A program made the position numbers and the translations under genes. A stretch of 44,485 nt of DNA, taken from positions 1 to 44,485 of the forward strand of contig JBDRBK010000128.1 in NCBI GenBank assembly GCA_043822705.1, given 5' to 3'. The DNA is from Fidelibacterota bacterium (lineage in GTDB: Bacteria > Fidelibacterota > Marinisomatia > Marinisomatales > TCS56). Shown one piece after another: positions 28,628 through 37,441 of the stretch (positions are counted from its first letter, which is position 1; each line of letters opens with the position of its first letter). The notes below the pieces were generated by a model, which saw only the letters and a program-made list of their open reading frames with translations, made no database searches and had not been told where the DNA came from.

Positions 28628-29797
28628 TTAATCGATGGCGCTCAGGCCGGTGATGTTCTGTCCCACGATCAGGGTATGCATTTCGTGGGTGCCTTCGTAG
28701 GTATAGACCGATTCCAGGTTGGCGGCATGACGCTGGACCGGGTACTCGTCCAAAATGCCGTTGGCGCCGAGGATTTCGCGGGCGCTGCGGGCGATATCGC
28801 GGGCGATCCGGACGTTATTGCGCTTGGCCAGCGATACCTGGGTGTAGTCCATTTTGCCCGCATCCTTCAGACGCCCCAACCGGATCGCCAGCAGCAGCGC
28901 CTTGGTGATCTCCTCCAGCATGTCCACCAGTTTGGCCTGGGTCAACTGGTAACCGGCGATCGGCCGGCTGAATTGTTTACGCTCTTTGGCATAACGCAGG
29001 GCGGTTTCGTAACAGTCCACCGCCGCACCGATGGCCCCCCAGGCGATCGAATAGCGAGCCTGGGTCAGGCAGGACAGCGGTCCTTTCAGGCCTTCCACCC
29101 CCGGCAACACGGCCGTATCCGGTACGATCACGTCCTGCAGAATCAATTCGGAGGTCACCGAGGCCCGCAGGCTCAGTTTGCCTTCCATTTCCGGGGCGGA
29201 GAAACCGGCGGTGCCCTTTTCGACCAGAAAACCGCGGATTGTACCGGCGGCGTCTTTGGCCCAAACCAAGGCGACATCCGCCAGGCTGCCGTTGGTGATC
29301 CACATCTTGGCTCCGTTCAGTAACCAGCCGTCGCCGGTGCGTCTGACCCGGGTGAGCATCCCGCCGGGATTGGAACCGAAATCCGGTTCGGTCAGTCCAA
29401 AGCAACCGACGGCGGTCCCTGCGGACAGTTGCGGCAACCAGCGCCGTCGCTGTTCTTCCGAACCGTACTGCCAGATCGGGTACATCACCAGCCCGCCCTG
29501 GACGCTGGCGAAGGAGCGCAGGCCCGAGTCGCCCCGTTCCAGCTCGTGCATGATCAGGCCGTAGGCTACGTTGCTGACCGCCGACCCACCGGCCACTTCC
29601 GGCAGATTGGCGCCGAAAAAGCCCAGTTCTCCCAGCTGTGGAATCAGGTCCAGTGGGAAAGTGCCATGGCGGTAATGCTCCCGGATCAGGGGTAAAAATT
29701 TATCCCGGACGAAATCGTGGGCCGTTTGTTGGATCAGCAGTTCGTCTTCGGTGAGCAGGTCGGTGATATGGTAAAAATCCGGTCCGATGTATCGCAT
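28628..29797 (-). CDS. gcdH: Acyl-CoA dehydrogenase, glutaryl-CoA dehydrogenase-like
   Basis: ELERGDSGLRS, GCFGLTEPDFGSNPGGM, GAKMWITN, KLSLRASVT, NLESVYTYEGTH. Confidence 0.8.
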   Translation of the reverse strand: MRYIGPDFYHITDLLTEDELLIQQTAHDFVRDKFLPLIREHYRHGTFPLDLIPQLGELGFFGANLPEVAGGSAVSNVAYGLIMHELERGDSGLRSFASVQGGLVMYPIWQYGSEEQRRRWLPQLSAGTAVGCFGLTEPDFGSNPGGMLTRVRRTGDGWLLNGAKMWITNGSLADVALVWAKDAAGTIRGFLVEKGTAGFSAPEMEGKLSLRASVTSELILQDVIVPDTAVLPGVEGLKGPLSCLTQARYSIAWGAIGAAVDCYETALRYAKERKQFSRPIAGYQLTQAKLVDMLEEITKALLLAIRLGRLKDAGKMDYTQVSLAKRNNVRIARDIARSAREILGANGILDEYPVQRHAANLESVYTYEGTHEMHTLIVGQNITGLSAID

Positions 29798-29861
29798 AAT
29801 GCAGAGAAATTACGGATGGAATGGAATAAGTTGGCATGAACAACATTTTAGAAATGGTAGG

Positions 29862-29893
29862 TGTAGGGACGACTCTCGAGAGTTGTCCCTACA
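29862..29893. repeat. REP-like GTAG-type palindrome
   Basis: TGTAGGGACGACTCTC/GAGAGTTGTCCCTACA, one G-T mismatch. Confidence 0.7.
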
Positions 29894-29941
29894 AAATCGC
29901 ATATTAAAAAGGGGCATGGTCACGCATGCACCTGAAGTGTT

Positions 29942-29975
29942 ACCTTCCAGGTCACAGAACAGCGACCTGGAAGGT
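29942..29975. repeat. 12-bp perfect inverted repeat (REP-like or RNA-stabilising hairpin)
   Basis: ACCTTCCAGGTC-N10-GACCTGGAAGGT just after the prpD stop; no U-tract. Confidence 0.65.
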
Positions 29976-29988
29976 TGTCCAAATCAAA

Positions 29989-31428
29989 TCAGACCGAAAC
30001 CACCATCTGACTCATGAAATCGCGGGCGCTCATGCTTTCGCAATTAAAGATCGTGTCTTTCAACTGTTTCAGTTCCTCGGCATCGAACAATCCGGCGGCC
30101 AGGGAATTGAATTTATTTTCCAGGTCGGTCATCGTCATCGGCTCGCGGGGATCGCCCTTGGGGTATTCCAGATATTCGTCGAATTCGCGGCCGTCGTTAG
30201 TGGTTATTTCCACCCGCGAGGGCTGTTTGGCCGGGAACATCTTTTCGAATTCCTGTGACGGAATCCCGACGATCTTATCAATCACTTTGTAAACTCGCGG
30301 ATCCTTTAACTTTTCATCGGTAAAGGATTCAGTGGTGATCTTCTTATCCACCATGGCCGCCGCCAGGCAATAAGGCAGGGAATGATCGGCGGTTTCCCGT
30401 GATTCGGGCCGGTACTTGGTGGGGTCGAACAGGATATCGTGGGCCTGGGCGAAGCAGGTCACTTTCACTTCCTTGATATCCGCGTAGGTCAGGTTATTGT
30501 TGGTCATCACCTTGAGCACGCAGGATATATGGGTATGGGTCAACGCCTCGGTCGGAAAGGCTTTCATGCTGCATTCCAGAATCTTGTAATTCTTACCCAG
30601 ATTACCAACCAGAGCGTCCACGTCCCAGCTCCAGGTCGAAACACCGTCGCGGCCTTCCATATCGCGTGGTTTCAACGCTTCTGCCTTGGCGTTCCAGCCG
30701 ATGAAAGTATCCATAAAACCTTCCTTGCCTTCGAACACTTTTTCGGTACCGCTGTAGCCTTTCTGGGCCAGCAGGGCGGCGAAGACCCCGGACTGCACCG
30801 CCATCGGATCGACGGTATTTTTCATCATCGTCAGTTTACCGGCGGTGGGGCAACCGATGGTGTGGTTGTGACAGCCGGAGATGCCGATGGCATTGACCAT
30901 CTGATCCACCGAAAGGCCCAGAATTTTACCGGCTACGATCGGTGACACGAACTGGGTCAGGGTGGCGTGGTGCCATTTCCGTTCGCGCACGCCGGGCTTG
31001 GCGAACAGGCACATGCGCTGTTCGAATTCGTAGGCCAGGACGACGGCGACGATCACATCTTTCATGGACGCATTGACTTTTTCAGCTACGGTCAGGGCGG
31101 CCGGGATAATATCACTGGGGTGGCTGGGGTCTTCTTTCCAGTAGATGTCGTTGAAGTCCAGGGCCCGGATCATCAGCGCGTTGATCAAAGTGGCGTTCAC
31201 AGCCGGAATCTGCTCGCCGAAACCGATAATGGTGGCCTCTTCCTTGCCGCCCATTTCCGAATACAGCTCGTGAATAGCGTTGACATCAAAAGTATGCATG
31301 CTGCCAAAGGCACAGCCGAAGGAATCATACAGATAGCGTTTTGCCTCCAGGATCACTTCCGGCGACAGGTCTTCATATTTCAGGTTCACGGCAAATTCGG
31401 CGATCCGCCGGGAGATTGATTTATCCAT
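29989..31428 (-). CDS. prpD: MmgE/PrpD-family tricarboxylate dehydratase
   Basis: RALDFND, SHPSD, ETADHSLPY, YPKGDPREPM; RBS AAAGGA before ATG 31428. Confidence 0.88.
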   Translation of the reverse strand: MDKSISRRIAEFAVNLKYEDLSPEVILEAKRYLYDSFGCAFGSMHTFDVNAIHELYSEMGGKEEATIIGFGEQIPAVNATLINALMIRALDFNDIYWKEDPSHPSDIIPAALTVAEKVNASMKDVIVAVVLAYEFEQRMCLFAKPGVRERKWHHATLTQFVSPIVAGKILGLSVDQMVNAIGISGCHNHTIGCPTAGKLTMMKNTVDPMAVQSGVFAALLAQKGYSGTEKVFEGKEGFMDTFIGWNAKAEALKPRDMEGRDGVSTWSWDVDALVGNLGKNYKILECSMKAFPTEALTHTHISCVLKVMTNNNLTYADIKEVKVTCFAQAHDILFDPTKYRPESRETADHSLPYCLAAAMVDKKITTESFTDEKLKDPRVYKVIDKIVGIPSQEFEKMFPAKQPSRVEITTNDGREFDEYLEYPKGDPREPMTMTDLENKFNSLAAGLFDAEELKQLKDTIFNCESMSARDFMSQMVVSV

Positions 31429-31444
31429 TGGAATTTCCTTTTTG

Positions 31445-31558
31445 TAACAACGAATCAAACGAAATCAATGAAATAACAATTTTGAAAGAAAAACATCGAA
31501 CGATGTTCCTGTTCAACTTTTGCTCTTTTCGTTCTTTTTTCTGTCCTCTTCGTTATTA
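31445..31558. repeat. Empty inverted-repeat element (9-nt units)
   Basis: Left TAACAACGAATCAAACGAAATCAATGAA; right end TTCGTTATTA; central AACATCG/CGATGTT. Confidence 0.55.
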
Positions 31559-31565
31559 ATTATCT

Positions 31566-32762
31566 TTAAAGCTTGGCGATGATGGCGTCGGCCATTTGGG
31601 TGGTAGAGGCAGCGCCTTTTTCGATCACGTCGGCCCGGCCGGACATTTTAGCCATGTCGTAGGTCCGCACCTTGCCTTCGGCTACGACATCGGCCACGGC
31701 CTTCCTGATCTTCTTGGCGATCGCCGGCTCATCGATGTAATCCAGCATCATGCAGGCCGATTCGACCATAGCGATTGGGTTGACGATCGATACCGGGTAA
31801 CCGGCATATTTGGGGGCGCTACCGTGAGTCGGTTCGAAAACGCCGATTCCGGTCTCGGGGTTGTACTGGGCGCTACAGGCAAAGCCCAGACCGCCGATCA
31901 GTCCGGCGAAACCATCGGAGACGATATCGCCGAACATGTTGCCGGCCACGATGACCCCATAATTCTCCGGATTCTTGGTCAGCCACATCATCTGGGCGTC
32001 GATATTGGTATTCCAGAGTTCGATGTCGGGGAAATCGGCCTTCTGCATCTGCTGGGCCATCTTGTACATCATGCCGGAGGTCTCGCGGATGACGTTGGGT
32101 TTTTCGCAGACCGTCACTGATTTATAACCCCATTTCCGGGCATGTTCGAAAGCTGCCCGCAGAATTCGATAGGTGGCATTTTTAGTGAAAATCCGAGTCG
32201 AAATCGAAATCTCATTTTTCGGAACCATACCGAAATTCTTCTTGAATTTGGGATGGGTCATCAGAGCATCATGCACCTGCTGCGGTGGGTCCGTCCATTC
32301 GACACCACCGTACAAACCCTCGGTGTTCTGGCGGAAAATTGCTACGTCAACCTCCGGTTCTTCAACCGTGTTGCCGGGACCGCGGCGAATGAAATTCAGC
32401 GGATTACCGGTATAAGTCCGGCAAGGCCGCAGACAGATATCCAGCCCGAAGTGCTGGCGCAGACCGACAATCGGACTGGAATATACCAGCCCTTTTTCCT
32501 TCAATTCAGGCGCCAGTTCGGCAAAAGCATCATCTTTGGGTTTGGAGGTGATCGCACCGAAGAGGCCGATCTTATGCTGCTCGATCAGGTCGAGTGTTCG
32601 CTGGGGTAGCGGGTTGCCCTCCTTGCACCAGAATTCCCAACCAATATCACCTTCCACGTAATCGGCTTCAAAGCCAGCGGCTTCCAGTACGCGGATCGCC
32701 TCATCCAATACTACCTTGCCGATCCCGTCGCCGGGCATCGCTACTATTGTTCTCTTTGCCAT
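31566..32762 (-). CDS. Isocitrate/isopropylmalate dehydrogenase family, homoisocitrate dehydrogenase-like
   Basis: PGDGIG, GAITS, YSSPIVGLR (as in fungal Lys12), RQNTEGLY, NMFGDIVSD, FEPTHGSAP. Confidence 0.85.
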   Translation of the reverse strand: MAKRTIVAMPGDGIGKVVLDEAIRVLEAAGFEADYVEGDIGWEFWCKEGNPLPQRTLDLIEQHKIGLFGAITSKPKDDAFAELAPELKEKGLVYSSPIVGLRQHFGLDICLRPCRTYTGNPLNFIRRGPGNTVEEPEVDVAIFRQNTEGLYGGVEWTDPPQQVHDALMTHPKFKKNFGMVPKNEISISTRIFTKNATYRILRAAFEHARKWGYKSVTVCEKPNVIRETSGMMYKMAQQMQKADFPDIELWNTNIDAQMMWLTKNPENYGVIVAGNMFGDIVSDGFAGLIGGLGFACSAQYNPETGIGVFEPTHGSAPKYAGYPVSIVNPIAMVESACMMLDYIDEPAIAKKIRKAVADVVAEGKVRTYDMAKMSGRADVIEKGAASTTQMADAIIAKL

Positions 32763-32777
32763 TTCACTTCCCTTGGT

Positions 32778-32842
32778 TAGCTACGAATTATACTGATTTC
32801 AACGATGTACATCATGGCATAATTCGTGTAATTAGTTGTTTA
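32778..32842. repeat. Empty inverted-repeat element, same family as GxxExxY flanks
   Basis: Left arm 21/29 identical (counted by eye) to the GxxExxY right arm; right end coincides with the homoaconitase stop. Confidence 0.6.
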
Positions 32843-34810
32843 TTGAATTTTTTTCTTAACCCAGTTTTCCAGTCCTTCGGTCAGGATCAGTTCCTGCGCC
32901 GCAGTACCGACTGTGCCGATATTGTACGTTTTACCGTCACAAGTCAGTTGGGCGGCGCTGAAATCGATGACGATCTCCAAGTCTGTGCGCACAGTCAGCT
33001 TAGTCTTGCCGAACTTGGCTTTCAAGTCCTCCAGCAACTCCGGCGCTTCCAGCACCAGGTAGCCGTTGTTGATGGCGTTGCGCTTATAGGTCTGGCTGAA
33101 AGAGCCGGCCAGCACCAGTTGGATGCCGCGATATTTCAGCGCGGTTGCGGCCTGTTCGCGGGAGCTGCCGGTGCCGAAATTGTATCCGCCCACCAAGATG
33201 TCACCCTTCTGCGCCAGCTGGCCGAATTCAGCATCATAGTTTTCCATCACGACTGCGGCCATCTGCACCGGGGTAAAATCATCGATGTAGGTATATTTTC
33301 CAGGATATATACCATCAGTATTCAGATTATCCTGATGACAGAAGATGGCTGTACCGGATAGCTTGGCCGGGAAACCATCCAACAGACTGGTGCTGACGGC
33401 CGCGCGCTTGGACGCCGGAGCCACTTTAATATTGCTCTTCACCAATTGTCCGGCGAATGGTGCCGGTCCGGCGATTTTGCCGGCCAGGGCGCTGGCGGCC
33501 ACCACCGCCGGTGACGCCAGGAAGGCCTGCGCTTCCTTGGAACCCATCCGGCCCTTAAAATTGCGGTTGGTGGCTGAAATACCGACCTCGCCATCCTGCA
33601 GTAATCCTACGCCCAGCCCGATGCAGGGACCGCAACCCGGCGGTATCGTAATTGCTCCGGTCGCGATCAGCGTTTGCCAGTCACCGCGACGTTCACTCTC
33701 CTCCTGCACTTCTCTGGAAGCGGCGGCGACATAAAATTCCACCCCAGCGGCCACTTTTTTACCTTTCACAACGGCGGCGGCTTCGGCCAGGTCGTCCACA
33801 CGACTGTTGACGCAGGAAACCAGGTAGGCCTTGTGGATTTTCAGGTTGCGCTTTTCCATCTCCGCCACGGAGGTCATGGTCTTGACATTGTGCGGTCCGG
33901 AAACACTGGGGCTGACCGTCGAGAGGTCGATTGTCAGTTCCTTGCTGTAATAAGCATCGGGATCGGCGGCAGGCGGATTCGCTTCCAATGCGGCAATGCG
34001 GGCCTTGTTCATCCGGGGATGAACGCCATTCCCGTCGGCATCAGAGGGAACGCCTTCCAGTCCACGCTTTTCGATTGCAGCAGCACGGTCATATAACCAT
34101 TTAATCGTGACAGTGTCGATCGGAAATAGTCCCACCAGAGCGCCCCATTCAGTGGTCATATTGGCAATCGCCAGACGTTCGTCGATGGTCAACCCGGCGA
34201 TACCGTCTCCACCGAATTCCAGGGCGAAATTAAGGACTTCGTCATGATTGAACACACCGCAGAGCGTGATGATCAAATCCTTGCCGGTTACGCCGGCCGG
34301 TAATTTGCCGGTCAGATTGACTTTGGCTACCGGCGGCACCTGCCACCAGGTCCGGCCCGTGGCCCAGATCGCTGCGGCGTCGGTGCGCACGATCGGCGTG
34401 CCCAGGCAACCCAATCCGCCGTACATATTGGAATGACTGTCGGACGCGACCGCCAGCGTGCCGGGGAAGGCATAGCCCTCTTCCAGCATGATCTGGTGAC
34501 CGATCCCGCGACCGGCGGGATAGAAATCGACGCCCATCGCTTTGGCGAAAGCCTCGATGCCGGCGTATTTCTTCAGGTTGGCCTCACTTTTATCCTGAAC
34601 GTTGTGGTCCAGGGCGAACATTGGCTGGCGCGGATTGGCGATTTTGCTGGCGCCGATCGAGCGAAACTTGGACATAACTGCACCGGTATTGTCATGGGTC
34701 AGGATATGGGCCGGCTGAATGGATAGATAATCACCGGCCTGTACTTTAACCCCAGCTGCTAAATCGACGGCATACCTCTGGGCAAGTTTTTCTACAAGGT
34801 TTTGAGACAT
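32840..34810 (-). CDS. lysF: Homoaconitase, single-chain fungal Lys4/LysF type
   Basis: THDN, LDHNVQDKSE.NL.KY, FYPAGRGIGHQIM, ASDSHSNMYGG, TWWQVPPV, SCVNSR, GCGPCIG, fused swivel GSSREQA. Confidence 0.9.
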   Translation of the reverse strand: MSQNLVEKLAQRYAVDLAAGVKVQAGDYLSIQPAHILTHDNTGAVMSKFRSIGASKIANPRQPMFALDHNVQDKSEANLKKYAGIEAFAKAMGVDFYPAGRGIGHQIMLEEGYAFPGTLAVASDSHSNMYGGLGCLGTPIVRTDAAAIWATGRTWWQVPPVAKVNLTGKLPAGVTGKDLIITLCGVFNHDEVLNFALEFGGDGIAGLTIDERLAIANMTTEWGALVGLFPIDTVTIKWLYDRAAAIEKRGLEGVPSDADGNGVHPRMNKARIAALEANPPAADPDAYYSKELTIDLSTVSPSVSGPHNVKTMTSVAEMEKRNLKIHKAYLVSCVNSRVDDLAEAAAVVKGKKVAAGVEFYVAAASREVQEESERRGDWQTLIATGAITIPPGCGPCIGLGVGLLQDGEVGISATNRNFKGRMGSKEAQAFLASPAVVAASALAGKIAGPAPFAGQLVKSNIKVAPASKRAAVSTSLLDGFPAKLSGTAIFCHQDNLNTDGIYPGKYTYIDDFTPVQMAAVVMENYDAEFGQLAQKGDILVGGYNFGTGSSREQAATALKYRGIQLVLAGSFSQTYKRNAINNGYLVLEAPELLEDLKAKFGKTKLTVRTDLEIVIDFSAAQLTCDGKTYNIGTVGTAAQELILTEGLENWVKKKIQ

Positions 34811-34828
34811 ATTATCACCGATTTATGA

Positions 34829-34900
34829 TGAGCCACGAAAAAGACAAGGAAATTGGAATTATACGTTTGTTCCTCGTTTAATTCGTTGCCTTCGTTGTTA
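34829..34900. repeat. Empty/degenerate inverted-repeat element (9-nt units)
   Basis: Right arm reverse complement TAACAACGAAGGCAACGAATTAAACGAG; left arm TGAGCCACGAAAAAGAC. Confidence 0.5.
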
Positions 34901-34909
34901 ATTGATTAT

Positions 34910-35443
34910 TTAAGCTTTGAATGGTTCGAATGATACAAAGTCGGCATGATGGACGATTATCGATTCCACCGTCCGGTAGCCCAGGTCACCTTCCTTGGAA
35001 TGGGTGCCGATGATATGCTGAACCTCCGCCGGCAGGTCGAACCGGGCGGCGATACCGACACCGCTGAATGGATGGCGCACGATTTTTCCGGCATTGCTGG
35101 TAATCAGCTTGCCGTCGACTATATCGTATTCCAGTAACTTGCCCACATCAATCAGGATTGCACCAGAAATCAGCAGATCCATATCGATTTTTATCTCCGC
35201 ACCGAAATTATCCTGCATGCGCTTGGCAATATCGACTGCCAGCTGGACACAGGTGCGCTTATGATTCATAAAGGACACTTTACAATCCTTGATCAGCAGC
35301 GAGAACGGAATTACTTCCAGATCTTCCGGCGTCAAGACACTGTTCTCAATCGCAAAGACCCAGGCCTGTAAAGTCTTTTCGCGCAATTCGTCATCCTTGA
35401 TCCAGTTGATCTCAGGCCAGATTTGTAAAACTTTTTCTCTCAT
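34910..35443 (-). CDS. HD-domain (HDIG-like) metalloprotein
   Basis: NH..., LIDVGK (HD read as ID), RHPFSG, HS, HHAD. Confidence 0.8.
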   Translation of the reverse strand: MREKVLQIWPEINWIKDDELREKTLQAWVFAIENSVLTPEDLEVIPFSLLIKDCKVSFMNHKRTCVQLAVDIAKRMQDNFGAEIKIDMDLLISGAILIDVGKLLEYDIVDGKLITSNAGKIVRHPFSGVGIAARFDLPAEVQHIIGTHSKEGDLGYRTVESIIVHHADFVSFEPFKA

Positions 35444-35465
35444 GAAAACTCCGATTTGGTGATTT

Positions 35466-35868
35466 AAGATTTAATATTGAATATTTAAGATTTCTTGGAC
35501 TTCTGTGTTTTACGAATGGAATAGAAAATTGCAGTTAATTCATTTGCCTCATTCAATAAATCTGCTATTCTATTCTCATCAAGCAGGTTTTCAGTTTTTA
35601 TGAATTCGATCCAGAAAAGCGTCTCATCAACTTCTTCCAAAACTATACTGATCTTTGCTGTAAAGGCGGCTCCTGATTGAGCTATTACAGCAGCCCGGTA
35701 GTTGGCAGCAACTGAAGTGGAACAGCGAATTAATTGACTATGCAAATGTCTCCCAAGAATTGAATCTGACAGAGAAAGAGCCAACTTTACGCATCGGTGC
35801 GCAAAATTCGTAGTCCGTTTGATCAGCTCTTTACTGTCCATATCCACGAATATTAAATATTAAATCTT
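35466..35868. mobile_element. Inverted-repeat-bounded cassette carrying four-helix-bundle gene
   Basis: AAGATTTAATATTGAATATT (35466-85) vs reverse complement of 35849-68, 19/20; 7-nt units; AT-rich. Confidence 0.6.
35485..35847 (-). CDS. Four helix bundle protein (23S rRNA IVS-protein family)
   Basis: QLIRCSTSVAANYRA..AQS...F..KISIVLEE.DET.FW; start GTG 35847 or ATG 35841. Confidence 0.9.
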   Translation of the reverse strand: MDMDSKELIKRTTNFAHRCVKLALSLSDSILGRHLHSQLIRCSTSVAANYRAAVIAQSGAAFTAKISIVLEEVDETLFWIEFIKTENLLDENRIADLLNEANELTAIFYSIRKTQKSKKS

Positions 35869-35877
35869 CATTATTAA

Positions 35878-37437
35878 TTATTCTTTTACTCCGTAGATTG
35901 AGTCGATGACGGTGCCATCGACCCACTTGACGATACCGATGACCTGGTCGGTCAATTCCGGTTTCTGCGGCGGACCGCCGATCAGGTCGTCCACCTCGGC
36001 CTTGATTTCTTCGATTGTCCGGATCGGCAGACCACTGTTTTTGACCGCGTCCAGCAAATCGGTGCGTAGCGGATTAATCGCTATCCCCCGTTCGGTGACG
36101 ATCACATCGATCAGTTCACCGGGTCCGACCAGGGTCGTGACTTCATCCACAATCACCGGAATCCGGTCACGGAAAGCGGGAATCGGCAGAATCGTGCACT
36201 TACTGAACAAACAGTTCTGCCAGCCACCGATACCGTGGAGCATCTTGCCGTCGGAGTGGGTCACCACATTGGCATTGAAATTCACATCGACTTCCGTGGC
36301 GCCCAGCACCACCACATCCAGCATCGAGGCGAAATTACCCTTGCCGTGCCAGTTGTAGCTGGTGAACGGCGAGGTGTTGACGTGCCCGGAATTCTCGCGC
36401 ATCGAGCGCACACCCTCCAGATCGAAGGTCTGCCCGTCCAGGATGAAATCGGTCAGGCCCTGCTCCAGCATTTCCACCAGGTATTTGGTGGAGCCGCCCC
36501 GGATAAACCGCGCCTTGATCCCGGCTTCCTTCATCATTTCTTTGAGATAAATGGCAAAGGCCAGGGATGTCCCCCCGGCACCGGCCTGGAAACTGAAGCC
36601 ATCCTTTAGAATCCCGGCGGCCTGAACGAATTTGGCCGTCAGTTCGGCGATGTACAGGCGGTCCGGCGATTTGGTTAATTCGGTTGTACCGCTGACGATC
36701 TTGGCCGGTTCGCCGATTTTATCCAGCACCACCACGTAATCCACATTCTGGCCCTGAATCTGCCATGGCACACAGGGGAACGGCACCAGATTATCGGTGA
36801 CAATGATCACCTTATCGGCATGGATCGAATCCACCAGGCCAAAGCCCAGCAGACCACAGGCCGAGGGACCGCGATCGCCGGTAGCGTTTCCGAAAGCATC
36901 GGCGGTGGGTGCGGCGATTACGGCGATGTCAATGTGGACTTCCCCATCCTGCACCGCCTGCCAGCGGCCGCCATGGCTGCGCAGAACGGCCGTACCCTTC
37001 ATTTTGCCACGGGAGGCGTACTCACCCAGCGGACCATTCAGGGAGCCTTCGACCCAGGATACCACGCCGTTTTCCATGTGCTCGATCACCGGCTGATGGC
37101 AGGGGAAGGCCGCCGACGGGAACCAGCGCAGACCTTTTACCCCTTTTTGGGCGGCAATATCGAAAACCTGGTTCATCACCAGATCACCGTTGCGGAAATG
37201 ATGGTGGGACGAAATCGTCATTCCGTCTTTCAACCCGCATTTTTCCAGTGCTTCCCCGAGCGAGGCGACGGTTTTATTGCCGTCCATGGGGTAGTCGCTG
37301 CAGGTGCGGATCGGCAGCACCGGTTTCAAACCGGTCGGTTTGTACTTCCCGACGCCCTGGTAGGGCACCTGCTGGACACCATTGATTTCCGTCGGGACCA
37401 GTCGTCCGGCGGCGTTTTTTACCATTTCAGTTTTCAT
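35878..37437 (-). CDS. citF: Citrate lyase alpha subunit / citrate CoA-transferase
   Basis: GLKDGMTISSHHHFRNGD, RSHGGR, SACG.LG, FQAGAGG, LGATEVD.NFN.NV, ERGIAINP. Confidence 0.92.
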   Translation of the reverse strand: MKTEMVKNAAGRLVPTEINGVQQVPYQGVGKYKPTGLKPVLPIRTCSDYPMDGNKTVASLGEALEKCGLKDGMTISSHHHFRNGDLVMNQVFDIAAQKGVKGLRWFPSAAFPCHQPVIEHMENGVVSWVEGSLNGPLGEYASRGKMKGTAVLRSHGGRWQAVQDGEVHIDIAVIAAPTADAFGNATGDRGPSACGLLGFGLVDSIHADKVIIVTDNLVPFPCVPWQIQGQNVDYVVVLDKIGEPAKIVSGTTELTKSPDRLYIAELTAKFVQAAGILKDGFSFQAGAGGTSLAFAIYLKEMMKEAGIKARFIRGGSTKYLVEMLEQGLTDFILDGQTFDLEGVRSMRENSGHVNTSPFTSYNWHGKGNFASMLDVVVLGATEVDVNFNANVVTHSDGKMLHGIGGWQNCLFSKCTILPIPAFRDRIPVIVDEVTTLVGPGELIDVIVTERGIAINPLRTDLLDAVKNSGLPIRTIEEIKAEVDDLIGGPPQKPELTDQVIGIVKWVDGTVIDSIYGVKE

Positions 37438-37441
37438 TTTT

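Noticed and set aside
32594..33361. 255-aa plus-strand ORF
   Set aside because: Antisense to two well-supported genes; no recognisable domain.
35485..35847. Diversity-generating retroelement (Avd-like protein)
   Set aside because: No reverse transcriptase and no TR/VR pair differing at adenines seen in the window.
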